Shown in pieces: positions 36,709 through 44,698 of a DNA stretch of 64,000 nucleotides. Each line of letters opens with the position of its first letter. Position 1 is the stretch's first letter. Below the pieces are notes generated by a model. That model searched no databases, was not told the DNA's origin, and was given only the letters and a program-made list of their open reading frames with translations. The DNA comes from Ktedonobacterales bacterium. GTDB taxonomy: Bacteria; Chloroflexota; Ktedonobacteria; Ktedonobacterales; DATBGS01. Location of the stretch: contig DATGID010000131.1 of assembly GCA_035307385.1 (NCBI GenBank), forward strand, positions 12,805-76,804, written 5' to 3'. The translations under genes and the position numbers were made by a program.

Positions 36709-37083
36709 CTACCTGGCCGCTTTGTAACGGGGATCATCGGTCTGACGGCTGCGGTTTTCCTGATTCTTGGCGAGATATGCCTGGTAGAGATCATCGGCGC
36801 TCAATCCCTGGTCCAGCGCTAATTGCACGAGAAAGTGCAGGATGTCGGCCATTTCGTTGAGCCGCGCCTGACGAGTACTGTCCAGATCAGCGGGATTTTT
36901 CCAGGGCTTCCAGTTGAGTTCGTCATCTAGCTCGCAGCATTCGTGAACGATAGCCCGGGTCCAGGTGGTGCAGCGCGTAATCGGCTCCTGACTATAAAAG
37001 CCGTCGGGGCGCATCGCGCGATAGAACTCGCTCAGACTGGCCTGATGCGCAAAAATATCATCGAGTTTATCAACCATAGACAA
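36709..37083 (-). CDS. all-alpha NTP pyrophosphohydrolase, dimeric dUTPase-like (dUTPase_2/MazG-like)
   Basis: AIVHECCELDDELNWKPWK and NEMADILHFLVQLAL match the E-x-x-E...E-x-x-D metal-binding helices of dimeric dUTPases. Confidence 0.65.
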   Translation of the reverse strand: MSMVDKLDDIFAHQASLSEFYRAMRPDGFYSQEPITRCTTWTRAIVHECCELDDELNWKPWKNPADLDSTRQARLNEMADILHFLVQLALDQGLSADDLYQAYLAKNQENRSRQTDDPRYKAAR

Positions 37084-37423
37084 AAACTCTTTTCAAGAAG
37101 GTTCCAAATGCCTTTGCGAGTATCCAGTGGAGATGGGCCAGATGTCCTACTGCCTAGCAGACCTTCTGCCCGCCAGTGTACCCTAGAAAGGGCCGCCAGG
37201 GCAAGCTCTTAAGATTCTTGCGCTCTTGCGAGCGTCCATGTGCAGGGCTGTGGAGACAGAATGAACGTAACGTGTATACGTAAACCATCTTAGGATGGAA
37301 TGTTGTGGCATCAGGCACCAGGGGACGGAGCCAGGACACACTAGAACCTCATGAGGGAGTTTCTTGGTGGGACGGCGAAATGTCGAGCAAGCTGGAAGTG
37401 AAGGCGAAAGACCTGGAGCGAGA

Positions 37424-37969
37424 ATGGCAGAAGGCGGTATAAAGACCAAGGGCAAGGTAGGTGCCGCGTCTCCTGCCATAGATGCCCAGTCTTTTCGCAC
37501 GCTCTATCAGGAAAACCTGGGAGTGGTCTATCGTTTTGTCTATAGTAAAGTAGGCAACCGCGAAGAGGCTGAGGATTTGACCTCGCAGGTCTTTTTGAAG
37601 GCAGTGCGGGGTCTGGACCGCGAGCGGGGGAGCCAGAGCATTCAAAGCTGGCTTTATCAGGTGGCGCGCACAACGATTGCCGATTACTGGCGAGCATTTT
37701 ATAAGGTGCGAGCTACCTCCTTGGAGTCCATGTTGGAGCAGGGGTGGGAAGAACCAGCCGAAGAGCGGGTGGAAATGGCATCCTACCGTCCAGAAGAGCG
37801 CGTGCGCCATCTGCTAGACTTGCTGCCTCCCCATTACCGGGAGGTCTTGACCTGTCGTTTTTTGTTGAATTTATCGATTAAGGAGACGGCGGAGCGGATG
37901 CGACTGAGTGAAGCCAATGTGAAGGTATTGCAGTTTCGTGCGCTCAAAAAAGCGGCTGAGGTCGGGTAG
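37424..37969 (+). CDS. ECF (group 4) RNA polymerase sigma factor
   Basis: ATG 5 nt after GGAG. Region 2: VYRFVYSKVGNREEAEDLTSQVFLKAV. Region 4: YREVLTCRFLLNLSIKETAERMRLSEANVKVLQFRALKK. Confidence 0.9.
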   Translation: MAEGGIKTKGKVGAASPAIDAQSFRTLYQENLGVVYRFVYSKVGNREEAEDLTSQVFLKAVRGLDRERGSQSIQSWLYQVARTTIADYWRAFYKVRATSLESMLEQGWEEPAEERVEMASYRPEERVRHLLDLLPPHYREVLTCRFLLNLSIKETAERMRLSEANVKVLQFRALKKAAEVG

Positions 37970-37973
37970 GCGC

Positions 37974-38816
37974 ATGGGGACAGACAATCACTGGGGCGAT
38001 GTAGACATGAACGACATGGGCAAAGAAAATGAGGCCGAGCGGCTGGAAGAGTATCTGGAGTTTGAGCGCCATCTGGAGCGCTTGCAACAGGAAAAGCGTC
38101 CACGCCGTCCCCGCCGGATGACGCCGGGCCAGGCAAAAGCCTATCAAATGGCCGCGTTGTTCCGGACGGCTGCTCCTGGGGCTGCCGAGCCTGACCCTGC
38201 CTTTGCTGCCAGGCTGGAGGCGCAGCTAGAGGGAACCCTGAAAGGTCGAGGTCGTTGGGTTCGTTCATTACTCCCCGCGCCGCGTTCGAGCAGTATGTCG
38301 CGTCGTTCGCTGCTGGCTGGCGGTCTTTCGGCGGCAGCGGGCCTGGCTGCTGGGGCTGTGCTGGGTGGGGTGATGGAACAGAAAATAAGCAACGCCCAAC
38401 AAGCGAACACCTGGAACACCCCACTTGTCGGTCTTGGAAAAGATTGGATGACAATTGGCAATGCCGCTGATATTGCTCCAGGGCAGATGAAGCAGTTTCG
38501 TACCGAGACGTTAATTGGCTATGTCTTCCATAATGACGAAGTGCCCGATATTGAAAACGGCCAGTCGGAGCCGGAGTGGATAGCGATGTCGGCGGCCTGC
38601 ACCCATATGGGCTGTATCGTCGCCTGGAATAGCAGGGACCGCAAACTGCATTGCCCCTGCCATGAGGGTGCTTTTACGCGCTATGGCACGCCTGCCGCTG
38701 GCAGCCAGAATTATCTGCGCTCGCTGCCGCGCATGCAGGTGCAGGTCCGCGATGGGCAGGTGTGGGTACAGGTACCCTTGCCGCTGGCTGATGCTTCTTC
38801 CGATGCTGATGAGTAA
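37974..38816 (+). CDS. putative anti-sigma factor fused to an internal Tat-like motif/TM helix and a Rieske [2Fe-2S] domain
   Basis: Starts 5 nt after the sigma stop. Cytoplasmic helical N-terminus of about 105 aa, SRRSLLAGGLSAAAGLAAGAVLG, then Rieske boxes CTHMGC and CPCHEG. An internal ATG at 38295 would give a standalone Tat-signal Rieske protein. Confidence 0.7.
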   Translation: MGTDNHWGDVDMNDMGKENEAERLEEYLEFERHLERLQQEKRPRRPRRMTPGQAKAYQMAALFRTAAPGAAEPDPAFAARLEAQLEGTLKGRGRWVRSLLPAPRSSSMSRRSLLAGGLSAAAGLAAGAVLGGVMEQKISNAQQANTWNTPLVGLGKDWMTIGNAADIAPGQMKQFRTETLIGYVFHNDEVPDIENGQSEPEWIAMSAACTHMGCIVAWNSRDRKLHCPCHEGAFTRYGTPAAGSQNYLRSLPRMQVQVRDGQVWVQVPLPLADASSDADE

Positions 38817-38839
38817 TCTCGTCAGTATCTCGCGGAGAC

Positions 38840-40105
38840 TCATATGCCAGATAAGCGTTCCTGGCGGTCAAATGTAAGCAGCGCCTGCCCCAGCACGTGC
38901 GTCCCTTGCGCAATTGCTTCGATGTTTGACCATTCCTCCGGGCAATGGCTGCGCCCGCCCCGGCTGGGGATGAAGACCATGCCAGCCAGAGCCAGGACGG
39001 CAAGATGATTCGTGTCGTGTCCGGCCCCACTGGGCAAAAGATGTGTTGGCAGCCCCAGCGCTTCAGCGGCTTGCAGCAGCAAGCGCTGTACTTGCTGGGG
39101 TATCAGCACCGGCTCTGTATCCGAGAGCATATGATAGCTGAGGTGAAGACCGCGGCGCGCGGCAATGTCGCGAATTTGCTCTTCAAAACGGGCCGCCAGG
39201 TTCGTCAGCAACGCCGGGTCGACGCTGCGCCACTCAGCGATCAGTTCGACTTGCTCCGCAATGACATTGCTGGCATTGGGCGCGGTGCTGATCTTGCCCA
39301 CTGTACCAACTGCTTGCCCATCGGTGGCCTGGCAAAGCCGTTCCAGCGCGAGCATCACCTCGGCTGCTCCGGTCAGCGCGTCCCTGCGTAGCCGCATGGG
39401 GGTTGTGCCCGCGTGGTTTGCTTCGCCGTTGAGAACAATCTGGGCGCGCTGGATGCCCACCAGCCCAGTAACCACGCCGATGGGTATCTGCGCCTCTTCC
39501 AGCACCGGCCCCTGTTCGATATGCAGTTCAAGCGACAGCGCAAACGCGCCTGGCGCTCGCTGCACTTCGCCCAGGCGCTCAGGATCGCCGCCCATCTGCG
39601 CGATGCCTTCGGCCAGGGTGCGCCCGGTTGGGTCCGTCAGGCGCAGATGTTCGGGCGAGAGTGCCCCCGCCAGGGCGCGGCTGCCAATGGTAGAGAGGCC
39701 AAACTCGCTGGGTTCTTCGGCCAGATAATCAATGATTTCTAAAGGATGATTGAGTGTCATACCCTCTTCGTTCAGGCGGCGCGCAATCTCGATGGCCGCC
39801 ACGACGCCGATGATTCCATCGAAGCGCCCACCTCCAGGCACGGTATCGGTATGTGAGCCAATGACGATGGGTGCCAGCCCGCTGTCGCTGCCGGGCCGCC
39901 GTCCGATCAAGTTGGCGGCCTGATCAAGAGACCCTTCCAGCCCGGCCTCACGCATCCACCTTGCCACCTGTTCCCGACCCTGCCGATAAAGCGGGGTGAA
40001 TGAGCGCCGCGTGTAGGGCTGCTCAGGGGTGGTCAACTGCGCCAGCGTCTCAATTGCGGCTTGCATGCGCCCGGCATTAGGAGCGATTTCGCTTTGGTCT
40101 GCCAT
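38840..40105 (-). CDS. M20-family Zn-dependent amidase (allantoate amidohydrolase / N-carbamoyl-L-amino-acid hydrolase type)
   Basis: GSHTDTVPGGGRFDGIIGV and EEPSEFG motifs, with the dimerisation insert typical of the AmaB/AllC family. Confidence 0.8.
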   Translation of the reverse strand: MADQSEIAPNAGRMQAAIETLAQLTTPEQPYTRRSFTPLYRQGREQVARWMREAGLEGSLDQAANLIGRRPGSDSGLAPIVIGSHTDTVPGGGRFDGIIGVVAAIEIARRLNEEGMTLNHPLEIIDYLAEEPSEFGLSTIGSRALAGALSPEHLRLTDPTGRTLAEGIAQMGGDPERLGEVQRAPGAFALSLELHIEQGPVLEEAQIPIGVVTGLVGIQRAQIVLNGEANHAGTTPMRLRRDALTGAAEVMLALERLCQATDGQAVGTVGKISTAPNASNVIAEQVELIAEWRSVDPALLTNLAARFEEQIRDIAARRGLHLSYHMLSDTEPVLIPQQVQRLLLQAAEALGLPTHLLPSGAGHDTNHLAVLALAGMVFIPSRGGRSHCPEEWSNIEAIAQGTHVLGQALLTFDRQERLSGI

Positions 40106-40123
40106 CGTTTCCTCTATTTCTTT

Positions 40124-41449
40124 TTACCAGTGCTGCGTCAGGAGTTGCACCCGCGCGCTGATCTCGCGCAAGGACAGCCAGCCGGTCAGTTCGTCATCAC
40201 GCAGGCGCTGTTTGCCATCCACCCAGACGCCCCGAATGGCCCGCGGAGACATGGCGTAGACGATGTTTTTGAGCAGCCGATTGGGTGGCTGAAGGGAAAT
40301 GTCTTCCAGGTCAAGGGCAACGAAGTCGGCATGATTGCCGGGCGCTAGCTCACCGATGGGCAGCCGCAGCGCGCTGCCGCCATTGGTGGTGCCCATGGCA
40401 AAGACTTCTTCGGCACTCAGTGCTGCGCCGTCCAGCCGCTTTACCTTCTGGAGCAGGGCGCATGTGCGCATCTCATCGAAGACGCTGGTGCGGTTGTTAC
40501 TGCACCCGCCATCGGTGGCGAGGGCCACCCGCACACCCGCCGCGAGCATGGCGGGGATGTCGGTGATGCCATCGCCCAAAAACATGTTGCTGGCCGGATT
40601 ATAGGCCAGGTGGACGTGTCGCTCGCCCATCAAAGTAATCTCTTCTGGCGTGGCCCAGACGCAGTGCACCAGAATGGCGCGCTCATCCAGCACACCGAGC
40701 GAATGAAGCCAGCGAATGGGGGTGAGGCCGTAACGCTCCTGGATCATCTCCACTTCGTATTGCCCCTCGGAGACGTGGATATGAAAAGGCGTATCAAGCT
40801 CCTGAGCTAGCGCGTGCCCGGCGACGATCATCTCTGGCGAGGCAGCATGCGGGCTATGGGGCGCGGGCTGCACACTGACCATGCCATGCCCGGCGTCGCG
40901 TTCGCGGGCCAGCCGTGCCAGTTCGCGAGTGCGGGCAATGGCGTCTTCCAGCGATTCACGATATGGCTCTGGGCCAGTCTCCCAATTGTAGAGGCAGCGC
41001 GCCAGCACCAGCCGAATGCCGACATCATGCGCCGCGCGCATCACCGCCAGATCATAGTCGTTGCTTTCGTGGTGAAGATAAAAGAAATCGACGACGGTGG
41101 TGACGCCATAGCGCAGCATCTCGCCAAAGGCCAGGATAGCGCCGGTATAGACGCCTTCTTCGTCCAGGTTCAGCGAATAGCGATAGATGCCGTTATCGCG
41201 CCATTGAAAGAAAGGAAGATCATCGCCGAATCCGCGCACCAACGATTGAAACGAATGATTGTGAGCGTTAATCGTGCCGGGAACCAATGCCTGTCCCGCC
41301 AGTTTTGTTTCTTGTGCCTGGGGGTGGTTGGCCTGCAACCTGGCTGGTGAATCGACCTGTTGAATCGCTCCATCTTCTATCAGTAGACTGAGATCAGGCG
41401 TGAACTGCCCACCAGACCAGAGGAGATCGGGGCTGAGGATTTCTGGCAT
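40124..41449 (-). CDS. amidohydrolase-superfamily deaminase/chlorohydrolase (TRZ/ATZ, 8-oxoguanine or MTA/SAH deaminase-like)
   Basis: INAHNHSFQS HxH metal motif, HVSE, TDG..SN. Start ATG 41449 (7 nt after GAGGAG) or 41455. The about 100-codon upstream extension was rejected. Confidence 0.8.
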   Translation of the reverse strand: MPEILSPDLLWSGGQFTPDLSLLIEDGAIQQVDSPARLQANHPQAQETKLAGQALVPGTINAHNHSFQSLVRGFGDDLPFFQWRDNGIYRYSLNLDEEGVYTGAILAFGEMLRYGVTTVVDFFYLHHESNDYDLAVMRAAHDVGIRLVLARCLYNWETGPEPYRESLEDAIARTRELARLARERDAGHGMVSVQPAPHSPHAASPEMIVAGHALAQELDTPFHIHVSEGQYEVEMIQERYGLTPIRWLHSLGVLDERAILVHCVWATPEEITLMGERHVHLAYNPASNMFLGDGITDIPAMLAAGVRVALATDGGCSNNRTSVFDEMRTCALLQKVKRLDGAALSAEEVFAMGTTNGGSALRLPIGELAPGNHADFVALDLEDISLQPPNRLLKNIVYAMSPRAIRGVWVDGKQRLRDDELTGWLSLREISARVQLLTQHW

Positions 41450-41632
41450 GGGCATACTCCTCTCTGCGAGAACATGCCGCAAGGCGGATGTTATTTTGAG
41501 ATGCGAAAAGATCATACCATATGGCGTTTCCTGGCGGATGCTTCGGCTCAAACGGATGCTGTCTTGCCAGGCAAAGAGCAATGTAACGCTGGATGGTATA
41601 CTTGATTGCAGCGTGAGGCATATCTCTCGTCC

Positions 41633-42223
41633 ATGGAACACGATTCGAGCGCCTTGAAGAGACCAATGAGTATTCAGAGCCAGCACACAAAGCCTGACGA
41701 CGAGCAGGACACTGGTGAGCATACAAGCGAAGCCGGTGCCAGCAAACACATCACAAGACCTGCTCCTTCAGTGGCCGCGATTCGCCGCCGGGCGATCTTT
41801 GTATCGCTGGGCATCCTGGCGTTTCTGCTTGTGGTTGGGCTAGGCGATGCGCTTGGCGGCTTCTTGCCGCACACCACAGCACCTTTTGCGAATGGTCGCT
41901 CAAGGAGCGCAGGCGACTACCAGGTTACGCTGCAATTCACCCCTAATCCTCCGAAGTACAGCACCGATGCAGCGACCCTGGTACAGTTGACCATCCAGAG
42001 ACGCTCCGGGCAGGTCGCTGATGGCACGCGCGTTCAACTCAGCCTGACGATGATAACCATGGATATGGGAGCCAGTGAAACGCCCGCCCAGGGAGTGGGC
42101 CAGAGTCGCTATCAGGCCAGGGTAGCATTTTTGATGCCTGGTGCCTGGCAGGTGACGGTGACGGTGATGCCTCCCGGCGAAGCCAGCGCCAGCACAACCT
42201 TTGATGTAGATGTGGCGAATTAA
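41633..42223 (+). CDS. membrane-anchored protein with YtkA/FixH-like Ig-fold domain (tentative)
   Basis: TM helix, then a beta-rich domain (YQVTLQFTPNPPK ... MITMDMG ... AWQVTVTVMPPG). Start uncertain (41606/41633/41666). Confidence 0.45.
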   Translation: MEHDSSALKRPMSIQSQHTKPDDEQDTGEHTSEAGASKHITRPAPSVAAIRRRAIFVSLGILAFLLVVGLGDALGGFLPHTTAPFANGRSRSAGDYQVTLQFTPNPPKYSTDAATLVQLTIQRRSGQVADGTRVQLSLTMITMDMGASETPAQGVGQSRYQARVAFLMPGAWQVTVTVMPPGEASASTTFDVDVAN

Positions 42224-42288
42224 ACCTGGGCGCAGTAAGCCAACTCGACATTATCCTATAGCCATTGTGTGAAGGATACCCAAGCGAG

Positions 42289-43134
42289 ATGTATCTTGCC
42301 ATCGATATTGGAGGCAGCACCACCAGAGTAGGGTGTACCAGTGACCTGCATTCCTCACGAATTGAACTCATCGAGCAATTTCCCACTCATCACATTTTCG
42401 CGGTGCAGATGAAAACATTGTTGGGTGTTCTTGCTGCTGTGAGACGTGAGCCTCTGGTGGGAGTTGGCATTTCTTTGGGTGGGCACATTGCCAGCGATGG
42501 CCTTTCTGTTCGTGACGCCGCCAATTTGCGCGATTATGAGGGCAAGCCGTTGGTGGCCCTGCTACAAGAGGCGGCTGGCTGCCCGGTCCGATTGGCGCAT
42601 GATACCGTCTGCGGGTTGTTGGCCGAAAAGTCATTTGGCGCGCTGGCCCCCTTCGATCTCTGCGCCTATCTGACGGTTTCGACAGGGACGGGCGCAGCTA
42701 TCCAACTGCGTAAAGCCGGTCAGGCGCTGGCTGTTTCCATAGAGATGGGCCATCAACTGCTCGCTGGAAATACTCGCCCATGTTTGTGTGGTCAGGTTGG
42801 CTGCCTGGAGACCATCACGGGTGGCAGGCAGATTGCTCTGCGGTTTGGGCGCGAGGCCGCCCAGATCGATGACATCACCTTTTGGCAAGAGTTCACAGAG
42901 GCGCTGGCGTTGGGCATCCTGAATCTTGCACGGCTGACGCGCGCCGAGGCCATTGCGATCAGCGGCGGAATTGCCCTGAACGTTCCCTATCTGCGCGAGC
43001 ATCTGCCAGGGAGTGTTGCTGTCCTTTGTGCGCGGGACGTGCCTCAGCTTTTCTGGTCGCAGTTGGGTCAGACTGCCCCACTGCTGGGTGCGGCAGTCCT
43101 GCTAGACACGCCTGAGGCAGCGATCATTCATTGA
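42289..43134 (+). CDS. ROK-family sugar kinase
   Basis: MYLAIDIGGSTTRVG ATP-binding start and ROK Cys motif CLCGQVGCLET. The ORF opens at TTG 42265. Confidence 0.8.
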   Translation: MYLAIDIGGSTTRVGCTSDLHSSRIELIEQFPTHHIFAVQMKTLLGVLAAVRREPLVGVGISLGGHIASDGLSVRDAANLRDYEGKPLVALLQEAAGCPVRLAHDTVCGLLAEKSFGALAPFDLCAYLTVSTGTGAAIQLRKAGQALAVSIEMGHQLLAGNTRPCLCGQVGCLETITGGRQIALRFGREAAQIDDITFWQEFTEALALGILNLARLTRAEAIAISGGIALNVPYLREHLPGSVAVLCARDVPQLFWSQLGQTAPLLGAAVLLDTPEAAIIH

Positions 43135-43565
43135 GCCTGCATGCTCTCCACACGAGCGACGCAGGCCGCGTCATCTCCAGCCTCTTCGGGGGCGCTGAAC
43201 CAGGCGTCGAGGATTTCGCGGGCAATGATTTCGCTGGTGAGGCGGAGGCTGAGCGCGAGGACGTTGGCGTGGTTCCAGCGGCGTGCCCCACGTGCCGTTT
43301 CGGCGTCGGTGCAGAGGGCGGCGCGAATGCCTGGCACCTTGTTGGCGGCAATGCTGACCCCTGTGCCGGTCCAGCAGCAGACGATGCCTTGCTCGGCTCG
43401 ACCCTGCGCAACAGCTTCACCAACCGCCCGGCCTACCTCAGGCCATTGCAGCGCTTCGTCGGTCAGGGGGCCAACCAGTTCAACCTCATGCCCGCGCTTG
43501 CGTAGTTCTGCTATCAGCGTATCGGTCATGTGGGTGTGTTCATCGCTGCCAACGATCAGCCTCAT
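43128..43565 (-). CDS. rpiB: ribose-5-phosphate isomerase B (RpiB/LacA/LacB family)
   Basis: GIVCCWTGTGVSIAANKVPGIRAAL and ARRWNHANVLALSLR. Alternative GTG start at 43571 overlaps the psuG stop. Confidence 0.85.
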   Translation of the reverse strand: MRLIVGSDEHTHMTDTLIAELRKRGHEVELVGPLTDEALQWPEVGRAVGEAVAQGRAEQGIVCCWTGTGVSIAANKVPGIRAALCTDAETARGARRWNHANVLALSLRLTSEIIAREILDAWFSAPEEAGDDAACVARVESMQAQ

Positions 43566-43567
43566 TA

Positions 43568-44506
43568 TCACACGTCTCCTTCGGCATAGGCCTGGGCAAA
43601 GCGCGCCGCCCAGGTCGCATTGTTGACGAGCAGCGCGAGGTTGGCTTTCACACTTTGGCCTTCGGTGGCCTGGGCAATGTGTGAAAGCAGAAACGGTGTG
43701 ACCGCCGAGCCGATGATATGCTGTTCCTCTGCCAGGACAAGCGCATCGTTGATGAGCGTTTCAAGGGCCGCCAGGTCCAGAGCATGCTCCTCTGGAATGG
43801 GACAGGTGACCAGGATGCCTTGACCGAATTCCCCCTGCCACTGCGCGCGCGCAATGGCCGCTACATCTCTGGCAGTCTCGGCACGGTGGGGGACGGGGTA
43901 GCCGCTGCTGCGGGCGTAAAAGGCGGGAAAATCCGAGGTTTGGAACCCAATCACTGGGACGCCTTGTGTTTCCAGGTATTCTAACGTCAGCCCTAAGTCG
44001 AGAATAGACTTTGCGCCTGCACAGACGGTGAGGACTGGTGTTCTCGCCAGTTCGGGGAGGTCAGCGGAGATATCCATGGTACGCTCGGCGCCGCGATGGA
44101 CGCCGCCAATGCCTCCGGTGGCGAAGAAGCGAATGCCTGCAAGCTGCGCGCATGCCAGGGTACCCGCTACCGTGGTTGCGCCCAGGCGCCGCTGCGCCAG
44201 CACGACGGCCAGGTCGCGCCTGCTGACTTTGGCAACTGCTTCGCTCTCCGTCTTTGCCAGCCGTTCGATCTGGGTCGGACTGAGGCCAACCACAATCTGC
44301 CCATCCAGCACACCGATGGTTGCTGGAATGACTCCCTCGCCGCGAATGGCTGCTTCCATGGAGTGTGCCGCCTCGATATTCGTTGGATAAGGCAGACCAT
44401 GAGCGATAACCGTGGATTCGAGCGCGACAACTGGCCGCCCATCGGCCAGCGCAACGCGCACTTCTTCCGCGAGAGAAAGATATGTTGAGGTTGATTGATT
44501 GATCAT
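43568..44506 (-). CDS. psuG: pseudouridine-5'-phosphate glycosidase
   Basis: RPVVALESTVIAHGLPYPTN and GGIGGVHRGAE..MDISADL, typical of the IndA/PsuG family. The upstream 24-codon extension was rejected. Confidence 0.9.
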   Translation of the reverse strand: MINQSTSTYLSLAEEVRVALADGRPVVALESTVIAHGLPYPTNIEAAHSMEAAIRGEGVIPATIGVLDGQIVVGLSPTQIERLAKTESEAVAKVSRRDLAVVLAQRRLGATTVAGTLACAQLAGIRFFATGGIGGVHRGAERTMDISADLPELARTPVLTVCAGAKSILDLGLTLEYLETQGVPVIGFQTSDFPAFYARSSGYPVPHRAETARDVAAIARAQWQGEFGQGILVTCPIPEEHALDLAALETLINDALVLAEEQHIIGSAVTPFLLSHIAQATEGQSVKANLALLVNNATWAARFAQAYAEGDV

Positions 44507-44698
44507 GTCCGCAGTATGCCATGCGGGTGGCTTCGCGTCAACAGTGTTCTTCTTCTTTCGTCTCTCTAAAACAAACACTCACAGAGATGATACCCCTCAA
44601 GCATAGCCAGATTGGCCCAGTGAAGCGCATGCGCTTCGCAAAGATCAAGTATAATGGCTCTGGCTTACAGTACAGCAAGCAGGAAAGAGGAGTAGGAT

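Noticed and set aside
35977-37083. Calling the HNH / dUTPase-like cassette a prophage
   Set aside because: No integrase, terminase, capsid, tail, att-like repeat or tRNA target is visible on either side. The neighbours are housekeeping (hemW) and regulatory genes. Only 'mobile-element-like cargo' can be supported.
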